DNA of 64,000 bases from assembly GCA_963806185.1 (NCBI GenBank), contig CAWDXE010000004.1, positions 256,001-320,000 of the forward strand. Direction: 5' to 3'. The position numbers and the translations under genes were made by a program. This document shows positions 10,486 to 21,100 of the stretch, piece by piece. Positions within the stretch are counted from its first letter, which is position 1; every line of letters starts with the position of its first letter. The notes under the pieces were generated by a model. It did no database searches and was not told the origin of the DNA. It saw only the letters and a program-made list of their open reading frames with translations. This DNA comes from an uncultured candidate division Zixibacteria bacterium. Lineage in GTDB: Bacteria; Zixibacteria; MSB-5A5; GN15; FEB-12.

Positions 10486-11209
10486 GGTGTGTTCGATATT
10501 CGTTCTCATGTCACTCAGTGCTGTCTCCGCCTGGGCGGGCCTGATCGGCGAAGTCAAGGACGGCAACGCTGCCTATGCCAAAGGGGATTTCAAAACGGCC
10601 CTGGAGCATTACCATGCCGCCGAGGCCAGCGCCCCGGAATCACCCGAGTTGCAGTACAACCTTGGCAATGCCTACCACGGTCAGGAAAAATATGAGACGG
10701 CCGTCGAGATGTTCCAGAAAGCGCTGAAAACCACCGACCCAATGCAGCAGGCCGCGGCCCATTACAACCTCGGCAATACCCATTACAAGATGGGCGATTA
10801 CCTGAAAGCGATTGCCAGCTATGAAGAGGCACTGAAGCTCAATCCGACCGATACCGACGCCAAATTTAATCTGGAGCTGGCTCGCAAGATGCTCAAGGAA
10901 CATGCCAAGCCGGATCAGCAGAATCAACAGAACCAGCAGAATAAGCAGAACCAACAACAGCAGAAACAGCAAAACCAGCAGGATCAGAACAAGCAGGATT
11001 CGACTCAAAATCAGCAAAATCAGCCCGATTCTGCCCAGCAGAAACAACAGCAACAGCAACAACAACAGGCTCAGCAACGTAAAGACCAGAAAATGTCCAA
11101 AGAGGACGCGGAACGGATTTTAAACGCCTTGCGCGATGACGAACGTGACGTACAGAAAAAGATTCACCGCGACGTGAATGCCGCCGACTATACGGGTAAG
11201 GACTGGTAA
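10478..11209 (+). CDS. batC: BatC TPR protein with Gln/Asn-rich linker
   Basis: Signal peptide, TPRs (YNLGN), Q/N tract, AERILNAL and terminal KDW. Confidence 0.9.
   Translation: MRRVCSIFVLMSLSAVSAWAGLIGEVKDGNAAYAKGDFKTALEHYHAAEASAPESPELQYNLGNAYHGQEKYETAVEMFQKALKTTDPMQQAAAHYNLGNTHYKMGDYLKAIASYEEALKLNPTDTDAKFNLELARKMLKEHAKPDQQNQQNQQNKQNQQQQKQQNQQDQNKQDSTQNQQNQPDSAQQKQQQQQQQQAQQRKDQKMSKEDAERILNALRDDERDVQKKIHRDVNAADYTGKDW
10915..11078 (+). repeat. CAG/CAA/AAC-rich low-complexity tract encoding the BatC Q/N linker
   Basis: Imperfect trinucleotide runs, in frame within batC. Confidence 0.7.
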
Positions 11210-11213
11210 GCCT

Positions 11214-13025
11214 ATGACTGCTCGACATGCTGCTCCCATTCTCGCGATCGTCGCCATGCTGGCGTTTTTCGGTAGCGCGACAGCCCAGGATTCGGTGAGC
11301 GTATCTGTCCAACTCGACAGAAGCACGATCAGCCTCAATGAACAGGCGGTACTGCAGGTGACCATCTCTGGCGGGAATCAGAACCTCCCCGGTCCGGATA
11401 TGCCAAATCTCCCGCAATTCGAGGTCTACTCGCAAGGAAGATCGAGCAATATCAGTATCATCAATGGTCAAGTGAGCGCGTCGATGACGTACTTATTCCT
11501 GCTCGTTCCGCAGCAGGCGGGTACTTTTCCCATCAACAATATCTCCGTCGTCCAGGACAACCATCGGTATGTCGGCAACGAGGTGACCCTGACCGTCCTC
11601 AACAAGGGACAATCCGGCACCAACAAGTTGGAAGACAAGGCGACCAGTTCCGACGGTCAGTCACGCGACTACTTTCTTGAAGCCGTCGTGGATGACAAAT
11701 CGCCCTATGTAAACGAGCAGGTCACGCTCACTCTGAAATTCTTCACCGCCGTCCAGTATTACGGCAGTCCCGAGTTGATTGAACCGGCTACCACCGGTTT
11801 CTGGATGGAAGTCCTCGGCAACGGCACGCCCTACTATCAGCGCATCAACGGGCGCAATTACAAAGTCATCGAACGCCAGTATGCCCTTTTTCCTACCCAG
11901 TCGGGCCCCTTGACAATCGGGCGGGCGAGCATCAATGCGACTATGGCGGTTAAACAGCGCCGCTCGCGCGACCCCTTTGATATGTTCAGCGATTTCTTTC
12001 CCCAGGGGCAGGACGTGACTATTCGCTCGGAACCCCTGAAAATCGACGTCAAACCCCTTCCGGCCGAAGGAAAACCGACCGACTTCACCGGGACCATCGG
12101 CAGTTTCCAGATCAGCGCCACGGCCAACAAGACCGAAGTGGAGGTCAACCAGCCGGTGACAGTGACGATTCGCATCAGCGGCGTCGGCAACGTCAAGTCG
12201 GTGGCCGAGCCGTTTATTCCGGATTTGCAGGATTTCCGTGCCTACAATGCGTCGTCCAACGAGAATATTTCCCGTGTAGACAACAAGCTCGGTGGCGCCA
12301 AAATCTTCGAACAGATATTCATCCCCAAACGACCGGGAACACTCCAGATTCCCGCGTTGTCGTTTAATTTCTTCAATCCGGCCAAGGGGAAATACGAAAC
12401 GGTCACGACCAAGCCTATCGATGTGACGGTCAACAAACCGGAGGGGTATACCGGGCCGGTCGATGTTCCGTACGCCCCGGGTGATGTGCGCATCGGCAGC
12501 CAGTCGCAGGATATTAGGTTCATCAAGCGCGGTCCCGACGACTTGCGGCCGACTGGACAAGTTCTGCTCACTCGCCCGATCTATCTGGTCGTCAATGCCC
12601 TGCCCATCCTCGCCTTCATCGGCCTGGTGGTCATGCGGAAGCGCCGCGAATCGCTGGCCATGAATGTCGGTTACGCCCGTTCGCGCGCCGCCTCGCGGGC
12701 GGCCCGCAAGCGGCTGGCTCAAGCGAAGGCGCTGGCGACGGTCAAGCAATCCGAGGCATTCCACGCCGAAGTGAGTCGAGCCGTCACGCAATACATTGCC
12801 GACAAGGTGAATATCTCACCTCACGGTCTGACGACTGACGGCATCGTCGCGGTTCTGCAGTCGCGAAACGCCGAGCCGGACTTGATCGACCAGATTGTGC
12901 ACCTGCTCCAGCAGGCCGACTTCGCCCGCTTTGCCCCGGGGACAGTGACGCAGGCGGGTATCGACGATGCCCTGGCCAAGGCCGAGAGCATAATGGTCAG
13001 AATGGAAGGGGTGCGCTTTGCGTAG
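11214..13025 (+). CDS. batD: BatD protein
   Basis: Signal peptide from ATG 11214; repeated BatD Ig-like units (PYVNEQV, FTGTIGSF); C-terminal TM and DFARFAP. Confidence 0.9.
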   Translation: MTARHAAPILAIVAMLAFFGSATAQDSVSVSVQLDRSTISLNEQAVLQVTISGGNQNLPGPDMPNLPQFEVYSQGRSSNISIINGQVSASMTYLFLLVPQQAGTFPINNISVVQDNHRYVGNEVTLTVLNKGQSGTNKLEDKATSSDGQSRDYFLEAVVDDKSPYVNEQVTLTLKFFTAVQYYGSPELIEPATTGFWMEVLGNGTPYYQRINGRNYKVIERQYALFPTQSGPLTIGRASINATMAVKQRRSRDPFDMFSDFFPQGQDVTIRSEPLKIDVKPLPAEGKPTDFTGTIGSFQISATANKTEVEVNQPVTVTIRISGVGNVKSVAEPFIPDLQDFRAYNASSNENISRVDNKLGGAKIFEQIFIPKRPGTLQIPALSFNFFNPAKGKYETVTTKPIDVTVNKPEGYTGPVDVPYAPGDVRIGSQSQDIRFIKRGPDDLRPTGQVLLTRPIYLVVNALPILAFIGLVVMRKRRESLAMNVGYARSRAASRAARKRLAQAKALATVKQSEAFHAEVSRAVTQYIADKVNISPHGLTTDGIVAVLQSRNAEPDLIDQIVHLLQQADFARFAPGTVTQAGIDDALAKAESIMVRMEGVRFA

Positions 13026-13776
13026 GATCCTTTTCCTGCTCTGCCTGCTTGCCATGGGCGTGCCACTTACCGTCCTGGCCGACGCCACGCCGAAAGATCA
13101 GTTTGATCGCGCCAACGACCTGTTTGAACAGCGGCAGTACGGGCAGGCCATCGCGCTCTATGATTCGATCCGTACCCAGGGTCTCGAATCCGCATCACTG
13201 TACTTCAATCTCGGCAATGCCTACTTCAAGAACGGCGACCTGGGTCATGCCGTCCTGAATTACCTGCGGGCGCAGCGTCTCGATCCCACTGATGACGATA
13301 TTCGATACAACCTGGAATTTGCGCGCGGTCTGACCAGCGTGCAGATGGAGGGGATGCAGCTCAATCCGGTGCGATCTCTGCTGTCATCGATCACCGGGCG
13401 CTTTCATATTGGTCTGCTGGCCTGGGCGTCATCGTTCTGCTTCATACTCGTTTTCGCCTTTCTCTCGCTGCGATTCGGTTTGGGCTGGAACGGGGGATGG
13501 ACCCGCGCCGGTGTGTGGGTTGCCATCGTGCTCTGTGTCTGTCTGTCGGCACTCACCACCTTCAAGTATCGTGACGAATATGTCAGCCGGCGAGGTGTCC
13601 TGGTGGCCGACCAGCCGACCGTGCTCAATGGACCGACCGCCCATTCCGACGTCGAATTTACCGGGGCCGCAGGACTGATTGTCAGGGTCGTGACAGAAAC
13701 GGACGACTACTACGACGTCGTGTTTGAAAATCAGCGTCGCGGCTGGATCAAGCGGGATGCTGTCGCCTTGCTGTAA
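13018..13776 (+). CDS. batE: BatE TPR plus SH3-like protein
   Basis: YFNLGNAYFKNGDLGHAVLNYLRA; two TM helices; C-terminal SH3b-like RGWI. Confidence 0.88.
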   Translation: MRRILFLLCLLAMGVPLTVLADATPKDQFDRANDLFEQRQYGQAIALYDSIRTQGLESASLYFNLGNAYFKNGDLGHAVLNYLRAQRLDPTDDDIRYNLEFARGLTSVQMEGMQLNPVRSLLSSITGRFHIGLLAWASSFCFILVFAFLSLRFGLGWNGGWTRAGVWVAIVLCVCLSALTTFKYRDEYVSRRGVLVADQPTVLNGPTAHSDVEFTGAAGLIVRVVTETDDYYDVVFENQRRGWIKRDAVALL

Positions 13777-13804
13777 CCCGTCGTTGGGCAAGGGATTATT
13801 TATT

Positions 13805-13833
13805 TTGACTCTATTCATGCGAAGCCCTATCAT
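13805..13833 (+). promoter_or_regulatory. Putative sigma70 promoter
   Basis: TTGACT, 17 nt, TATCAT upstream of ATG 13867. Confidence 0.55.
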
Positions 13834-13866
13834 TTCTGTCGGCGGGACTCTGTACGCCGAGCAAAA

Positions 13867-14910
13867 ATGATACGCATGCTGAAAAAAAAGCAGTTCTGGG
13901 GCGCGATCATCGGTATCGCGCTTCTTGCTTGGTGTGCCAAAGACGTCAAATGGCAGGATCTCGAAACCCTCGCCGAACGCACCAACTACTGGTACCTCAT
14001 CCCTTCGGTCATTTTTGCCTTCCTCTTCGTCATCTTCAAAGCGCTGCGCTGGCGCGTGCTCGTCTCGCCGCAAAAGAATATTCCGCTCATCAGGGCGGTC
14101 ACCCTTTACTCCACCGGCCAGGTGCTCAATATCGCCATGCCGGCTCTCACCGGGCAGGTCGGCCGCCTGATTCTTTTTTCACGCAAGGAGCATTTGCGGA
14201 AGACGTTCATCTTTTCGACTATCCTCCTGGAAATTCTGTTCGACGCCATCAGCCTCGTCGTTCTCATCCTGCTCACGTCGCTCGTCTTTGTTTTCCCCAG
14301 CGAATATCGGGTGATTGGTTTTGTTATTGCCGGTTTTACCGTCGGCGTGCTCATCATCTTCTATCTCATGATCCACTTCGAGGAGCCGCTCGAAGGCCAG
14401 TTGCGTCGACACATTCGGAACCGCTGGCCGGGAGCCTACATTACCCTGACCAAATTCCTCCGCTCTTTTACCAAAGGGATCAGGATGCTCAGGTCGACCA
14501 GCCACTTCTCACAGACGCTGGGCATCTCCTTCGCCCTCTGGGCGGCACACCTCTTCGTGATTCACTTTCTCTTCAAATCCTTTGGTTTTGAACTCTCTAT
14601 CCCGGTGGCCGCAGCGATCATGATCATTAATACCATCATTCTCATGGTGCCGATTACCCCAGGAAACGCGGGGACGTTTGAAGTGACTGTCAGCACGTCA
14701 TTGAAGGCGTTTTCGGTCGGTTCGACCGACGCCGTGCTCTTTGCCCTGGCGCTCCATCTGTTCGATGTCCTGCCCGCCTTCGTGCTCGGTTTCTGGTATC
14801 TGAAAGTGGAAAAGCTCTCCCTTCGCCAACTTAGTGAGGAACAGCCCGTTGGACGCGTGATCGATGAGGTAGAGGCAAACCAGCCGATCGATGTCGACGA
14901 CCGCGTCTAA
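13867..14910 (+). CDS. Lysylphosphatidylglycerol synthase TM-domain (UPF0104, flippase-like) protein
   Basis: KALRWRVL, PITPGNAGTFE, about 8 TM helices. Confidence 0.85.
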   Translation: MIRMLKKKQFWGAIIGIALLAWCAKDVKWQDLETLAERTNYWYLIPSVIFAFLFVIFKALRWRVLVSPQKNIPLIRAVTLYSTGQVLNIAMPALTGQVGRLILFSRKEHLRKTFIFSTILLEILFDAISLVVLILLTSLVFVFPSEYRVIGFVIAGFTVGVLIIFYLMIHFEEPLEGQLRRHIRNRWPGAYITLTKFLRSFTKGIRMLRSTSHFSQTLGISFALWAAHLFVIHFLFKSFGFELSIPVAAAIMIINTIILMVPITPGNAGTFEVTVSTSLKAFSVGSTDAVLFALALHLFDVLPAFVLGFWYLKVEKLSLRQLSEEQPVGRVIDEVEANQPIDVDDRV

Positions 14911-15038
14911 TGCCTTGAGCCAATCAGAGATTCGTTGGTACAAGCTCGCTTCGGCCGTCTCGTCTGCGGAAAGGCGACCCAAAACTACACAATTTCCTCA
15001 TTTCTTGAAACTTTTTTCACAAGGTTTCGTTATCTTCC

Positions 15039-15111
15039 TTGACATTGTGTCCGACCAGTTTAGTATTAGATACCAGCCAGTAGGTATCTACTACATACCG
15101 ACCAGTAGGTT
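15039..15111 (+). promoter_or_regulatory. Promoter with overlapping putative TetR operators
   Basis: TTGACA (15039-15044) and TAGTAT (15061-15066); inverted repeat TAGATACC-N8-GGTATCTA (15067-15090); CCGACCAGT-like core at 15051, 15073 and 15098. Confidence 0.65.
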
Positions 15112-15129
15112 GGAAAAAAGGAAGCGAAA

Positions 15130-15759
15130 ATGCTGAAGATAAAACAAAGCCCCAAACTCCCCGCTGAGGAACGCCGCCAGCAGCTGCTCACGTCGGCCCA
15201 CCAGCTCTTCATGAAACAGGGATACCGGGACACGACCACCGATGAAATCGCCCGTAATGCCGGAGTCACCAAAGGGGCGCTCTACTTCCACTATCGAACG
15301 AAGGAGGACATCCTCTTTGAGCTGATCCGGAGCACGTCGACCGAACGGCAGCAGAGACTGAAAGACGCTCGCGGTTCGAAAATGCATCCGGCCGATGTAC
15401 TCAAACTGCTCCTGTCCTGGCGGGAGACGGATACCTATACCGATTCCACTACCTATCTGGATTTCTGGGTGCAGGCTATGAGTATCCCGCGCGTCCGCAA
15501 TTACCTGAAAAGAATGTACATCAAGGGCGCCGACCTGGTTGGCAATACCATCGATCCCGCCTGGGCGCCGACACCCAAGGCGCGCAAGGCTCTGGGTAGT
15601 TTCATCCTCGCCTTGTGCGACGGACTCTGTGTCCGGATGGTTTTGGAAAAGGGCAAATTTAATTTGAACGAAGAAGTTCGGCTCGTCCGGGAACATGTGG
15701 TCGTGATGCGCTCACGCAAAGTGGAATCCCGCAAACCGGGTAGCCGGAGGAAGAAATAA
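15130..15759 (+). CDS. TetR/AcrR-family transcriptional regulator
   Basis: N-terminal HTH: LFMKQGYRDTTTDEIARNAGVTKGALYFHYRTKEDIL. Confidence 0.95.
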   Translation: MLKIKQSPKLPAEERRQQLLTSAHQLFMKQGYRDTTTDEIARNAGVTKGALYFHYRTKEDILFELIRSTSTERQQRLKDARGSKMHPADVLKLLLSWRETDTYTDSTTYLDFWVQAMSIPRVRNYLKRMYIKGADLVGNTIDPAWAPTPKARKALGSFILALCDGLCVRMVLEKGKFNLNEEVRLVREHVVVMRSRKVESRKPGSRRKK

Positions 15760-17087
15760 TGCGTAGGTACATCAAGGCCATGCTCGTGATCACCGTGGCG
15801 TCATTGCTCTTTTCCGCGGCGTACGGTGAGACTTCGCTGACGTTGGCTGATGCCCGGGCACGGGCGCTGGAGTTCAATCGCCAATACCTGAGTGCCAAAC
15901 AGGAACTGGTGAAATCGGATGCCGAGGTACGCAAGGCGAGATCCGGCGTATTCCCCGATGTTTCAATCTCCGCCGGTTACAGTCGGAATTTAAAAATACC
16001 TTCCTTTTTCATTTTCAGCGGCGATACCACTATGGAATTGACCACTGGTTCGAAAAACGCGTTTTCCGCTTCTTTCGGTATAACTCAGCCGATTTGGGAG
16101 GGAGGCAAAGTGTTTCAGGCCTGGTCGATCGCCAAACTATACCACAAGTATACCCGGGCCGGTCTGAATCAGGCGGCATCCGACATTATCTATCAGACCG
16201 ATCTCTTGTTCAACGGTACCACTCTGGCGCGAGCGCAACTCGACGTACTTCAGAAGGCGTATGAGGCCAACACGCGCAACCTTGAAGTCGTCGAGAAACA
16301 GTACGGCCAGGGGATGGTTTCCGAATTCGAATTGCTTCGTGCTCGCGTTGAGAAAGCCAATCTTGAGCCGGCTATCCTTCAAGCGGAATCTGAAGTGCGG
16401 TTGGCCGAGAAACGATTGAAGTCTTTTCTCGGCATGGTGCTGAATGAGCCGGTGACTCTGGTCGAGCCGACCGGCGACACGGTCCTCGCTCCACTGCCTT
16501 CACTCGAAACCATGGTCGACACGGCTCTGGCCAACCGTCCGGAAATGCAGCGTGCCGGGTACTTGACCGGTATCACCAGAAAGGCCGTCACCGCCGCCAA
16601 GTCGGAGTATTGGCCGAAACTTGATGCCATGACTCGCTACGACATCCAGTCGCAATCCAACGATTTCGACCCCGGAGATAACGTCAGCAAGTCCTGGACT
16701 GCCGGCCTCGCCCTTACTATCCCGTTCCCCTGGCTGGGCGGGGATAATATTGGCGGCGACGTTCAGTATCGCAAAGCGGATTACAATCAAATGCGTTTAG
16801 CCGAACAACAGACCCGCGACGACATCCGGCTTGAGGTGGAACAGGCCTTCGACCAACTGATGCAGGCGCAGCAGTCGCTCGAGGTTCAACGTGCGACCAT
16901 CGCCCAGGCCGAAGAGGGACTGAAGATCGCCAATGTCCGCTATCAGTCGGGCGTCGGTACGCAGCTTGAAGTGCTCTCGGCGCAAGCGGCTCTCACTGAG
17001 GCCCGCCGATCCCGGGCGCAGGCCGTTTTCAACTTCCGCCAGGCCAAGGCGGGATTAACCAGAGCTACCACCATTGATATACACTAG
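15759..17087 (+). CDS. TolC-family outer membrane efflux protein
   Basis: Signal peptide; two OEP repeats (YGQGMVSEFELLRA; YQSGVGTQLEVLSA). Confidence 0.92.
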   Translation: MRRYIKAMLVITVASLLFSAAYGETSLTLADARARALEFNRQYLSAKQELVKSDAEVRKARSGVFPDVSISAGYSRNLKIPSFFIFSGDTTMELTTGSKNAFSASFGITQPIWEGGKVFQAWSIAKLYHKYTRAGLNQAASDIIYQTDLLFNGTTLARAQLDVLQKAYEANTRNLEVVEKQYGQGMVSEFELLRARVEKANLEPAILQAESEVRLAEKRLKSFLGMVLNEPVTLVEPTGDTVLAPLPSLETMVDTALANRPEMQRAGYLTGITRKAVTAAKSEYWPKLDAMTRYDIQSQSNDFDPGDNVSKSWTAGLALTIPFPWLGGDNIGGDVQYRKADYNQMRLAEQQTRDDIRLEVEQAFDQLMQAQQSLEVQRATIAQAEEGLKIANVRYQSGVGTQLEVLSAQAALTEARRSRAQAVFNFRQAKAGLTRATTIDIH

Positions 17088-17099
17088 GGAACACCATAT

Positions 17100-18140
17100 A
17101 TGAAACAGCACGTATCACTCACGATCGGCGCCGGCCTTGTTCTCGGTATCCTGACACTCTCGTGCTCAGCTGATAAAGACAATGCGCACGAGCAGCGACC
17201 CATCGCCGTCAACGCACAGATTCTTGCGCCTACCTCTCAGGACGTAGTCACGACCTTCACCGGCAATCTCGAGGGGCGTGAACAATCCGTTCTCTACGCC
17301 AAACTATCTGAGACCGTGGAAAAGGTACTGGTGAAAGAAGGACAACGGGTACAGGCCGGTCAAATTCTGATCTCCCTCGACAAGTATGGTCCGTCCTCGC
17401 GTTATAATGAAGCACGGTCCGTCTTCACCAACGACGAAAAGAACTTCAAGAAGATGGAATACCTCTTCAAAGAGGGCGCCGTCTCGGAGTCGCAATTTGA
17501 CGGCGCGCGTACGCAGTACGAAGTCAGCAAGGCCAATTTTGACGCTGTCCAGCGACTCGTCGAAATCCACTCACCGATCAACGGTACGGTGACCGCCATT
17601 GACATATCGCTGGGGGCGCAGGTTGCAGCCGGCCAGCGCGTCGCCGTGGTAGCAACCACCGATAGCCTGCGCGTCAAGTTCGGCGTCAATTCGGAAAACG
17701 TCGGCAGTTTCCAGATCGGTTCCGACGTGACAATTGCTGCCGACGCCGTCGCCGACAGGGCCGCCGGCAAGGTCGTAGCCAAGGCTTCATCTGCCGATCC
17801 GACCAACCGGACATTCGAAGTTGAAGCGCTGATCGACAATGCCGCCGGGACCTTTCGTCCGGGCATGTTTGTCAAAGTGCACTTGGTGCGCGAACACCTG
17901 GCCAATGTAATCGTAGTCCCTCGCGAAGCTGTTGTCGTTCTGGATAATCATCCGGTCGTCTTTACCACTTCGGGAGGGATTGCGCGGAAGCAAGCCGTGG
18001 AATTGGGCACCGAAGTCGATGGCCACGTGGTAATCACGTCAGGACTGAACGCCGGCGATACCGTAGTGACTCTCGGTCAAACCTATCTTGACGATGGATT
18101 CAAGGTGACCATTGCCAATCTTGAGCGGGGCTCACTATGA
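17100..18140 (+). CDS. RND efflux periplasmic adaptor (MFP), lipoprotein
   Basis: Lipobox TLSC; VKEGQRVQAGQIL lipoyl half, SPINGTV, FRPGMFV. Confidence 0.92.
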   Translation: MKQHVSLTIGAGLVLGILTLSCSADKDNAHEQRPIAVNAQILAPTSQDVVTTFTGNLEGREQSVLYAKLSETVEKVLVKEGQRVQAGQILISLDKYGPSSRYNEARSVFTNDEKNFKKMEYLFKEGAVSESQFDGARTQYEVSKANFDAVQRLVEIHSPINGTVTAIDISLGAQVAAGQRVAVVATTDSLRVKFGVNSENVGSFQIGSDVTIAADAVADRAAGKVVAKASSADPTNRTFEVEALIDNAAGTFRPGMFVKVHLVREHLANVIVVPREAVVVLDNHPVVFTTSGGIARKQAVELGTEVDGHVVITSGLNAGDTVVTLGQTYLDDGFKVTIANLERGSL

Positions 18141-21100
18141 AACTGTCCGATGTTGCCATAAGCCGACCCGTATTCACGACCATGATGATGGGCGCCTTGC
18201 TTGTGCTGGGTGCCTTTGCCTACATGGCATTATCGGTGGAGATGTTTCCCAAAGTCGATTTCCCGTTTGTCACCGTCGTCACGGTCTTTCCCGGTGCCTC
18301 AGCTGAATCGGTGGAAACCGATATTTCCAAGAGGATCGAGGATGCCGTGAACCAGATTTCGGGCGTGCGCAATATCGTCTCCCAATCAAAGGAAGGGTAT
18401 TCGCTGGTCTTTATAGAATTCCAGTTGGAGAAAAACGGTTTCGAGGCGTCCAACGAAGTCCGCGAAAAAGTGGCCGGCATCAGGGCCGATTTGCCCGACG
18501 ATGTCGAGGAGCCGGTCGTCAGCCAGTACGACCCGGAATCTGAGCCGATTATCTCGCTGGCCATTTCCGGCCAACGCTCGCCCCGGGAAATCACCACGCT
18601 GGCCAAGGATGTGATCAAGAAGCGGCTGGAGACGATTTCCGGCGTCGGGTCGGTCCAACTGGTTGGCGGCTCGGAGCGCGAGATTCAAGTGATGGTCAAC
18701 CCCATCGCTATGGAGTCGTACGGTGTTACGATCAGCGATGTCCAGAACGCCGTGGCGGCAGCCAACCTGGAGATCCCGGGAGGACGTATTGACGAAGGCT
18801 CACGGGAATATCTGGTTCGCGTAATGGGTCGCCTGACTGATGTCCACGACTTCAATTCCGTCATTGTGAAAAATCACAACGGCGTGCCGGTTTACTTGAG
18901 CGATGTTGCCCGGGTCGCCGATTCGACCGTCGAGCAACGCTCCTTATCCCGTTACAACGGTCAGCCGGCCGTGTCGCTGGCCATTAGCAAGCAGTCCGGA
19001 GCCAATACCGTCGAGATTGCCGAGAAGACTCACGCCGTGCTGGCCCAACTCCGTTCGGAATTGCCGCCGGATATCAAGATCGAAGTGGTGGAGGACAATT
19101 CAACGTTCATCAAGGATTCCATCCACGAAATCGAATTCAATATCGAATTCGGCATGCTGCTGGCCGTCATCGTACTCTTTCTCTTTCTCCTCGACATTCG
19201 ACCTACCATCATTGCCGGTCTCTCCATTCCGATATCGTTGATAGCCACTTTTACAATTATGAGCGCCCTAGGTTTTTCGATCAATATGATGACCCTGCTG
19301 GGGTTGTCGCTGTCGGTCGGTATCTTGATTGACGATGCCATCGTCGTCATCGAAAATATCTATCGCCACATTGATGAGGGAGCCAAACCCTGGGACGCGG
19401 CCATGACCGCGACCAAAGAAATCGGCCTGGCCGTGATGGCCACCACTTTCTCCATTGTCGTTGTCTTTATTCCGGTCGCTTTCATGCAGGGAATTGTTGG
19501 GCGATTCTTCTATCAATTCGGTATGACGGTGGCGTTTGCCGTTACCATTTCGCTCTTCGTGGCGTTCACTCTCACGCCGATGCTTTCCTCGCGCTGGTTG
19601 CGCAAGACTCTTGGTGGTCATGGCGGAGGCTCGGCTACGAGCCGAAAGAGCGGGCTCTTTGGATCGGTCATGCACGTCCTGGGATACTGGAACCGGATGT
19701 TCGACTCCATCAAACCGGCCTACTCGAAGCTCCTTGCCTCGTCACTGCGCCATCGGTGGGTGGTCATGCTGATCGCCGTCGGTTCATTCCTGGTGGCAAT
19801 CTACCTGATCGCCTTCTCCGGGCTGATCGGAACCGAGTTCATGACGCAGACAGACGAGGGCAAAGTATACGTGTCCGTGGAAGCACCCCCCGGCACCGAT
19901 TTGACGAGCACCTCGGAGCGGATAGAACAAATTGAAAATATCGTTCGTAAGATACCGCTGGTCGTTGGCTCGTATGTGACCATCGGCTCCGGAAACGATC
20001 CTGTGACTGCCGGCCGCGTACTCTTCCAGTTAGTGCCCAAGGATGAACGGAATCGGTCGGCTACGCAGATGGCTGACTCGATTCGCACACTTATTACCTC
20101 CGTTCCCGGCCTGAAAGTGGCAGTGAGTCTTGGTTCCGGCCACGGTGGTGACAAACCGATCGAAATCTCAGTGAGCGGAGAAGACCTCGCTCAAATCAAC
20201 GCGCTCGCTCGTCGTTTGCAGAAAGTTGTCGCGAGCATCCCGGGTGCAATCGACGTTGACAACACTCAGGAGGAAGGAAAGCCGGAACTGCATGTCGTCG
20301 TCGACCGCAAGGCCGCCGACGATCTCGGGCTGAACTTGGCAACCATCCCATTGACCGTCCGGGCCTTGGTTGAGGGCGAAGTGGTCACGCGATACAAAGA
20401 AGGAACCGAGGAGTACGACGTACGCGTGCGACTGGACAAATCGTTCCGCGAGTCAAGCGATGAGGTGGGGCGTATACTGGTCGCCAGCGGCAAGGACCTG
20501 CCCGACGGAAGCAAGCTGCTCGTGCCGATCAATCGTGTCGCCGCTTTATCGAAAGAGGCATCGATCGGTCAGTACAACCGTCATAATCGGCAGCGCCGAG
20601 TGAGCGTCAACGCCAATGTTATGAGCGGTTCTTTTGCGGGCACCGTGAGCGGCTTGGTTATGGATTCCATCGAGACCTGGCAACTGCCGCCGGGGTATAA
20701 AGTCGAACCGGTCGGCGAACAGGAGATCATGGCGGAAACCTTTACGAATATTCTCAAAGCGCTGGCCATGGCGATTATCTTCATCTATCTCCTCTTGGCC
20801 TCGCAGTACGAATCCTTCTCGGACCCGTTCTCGATCATGCTCTCCCTGCCGTTGTCACTTATTGGCGCCGTGCTCGGGCTGATCGGGTCGTCATTCAGCA
20901 TCATGTCGCTCATTGGCATAGTGCTCCTCATGGGACTTGTGACCAAAAATGCGATTCTTTTGATCGACTTCGTGAAACAACAGCGCGAAAAGGGTGTTTC
21001 ACGAACCGAGGCGATTCTCATCGCCGGCCCGATCCGACTGCGGCCGATTCTGATGACCACCTTTGCGATGGTCTTTGGCATGCTGCCACTGGCGTTGGGT

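Noticed and set aside
10915..11078. Contingency microsatellite in batC
   Set aside because: Imperfect and in frame; a Q-rich linker is normal for BatC
5922..12791. Long antisense ORFs (5922-6608, 6592-7503, 7500-8381, 11661-12791)
   Set aside because: Shadow frames of well-supported genes in GC-rich DNA
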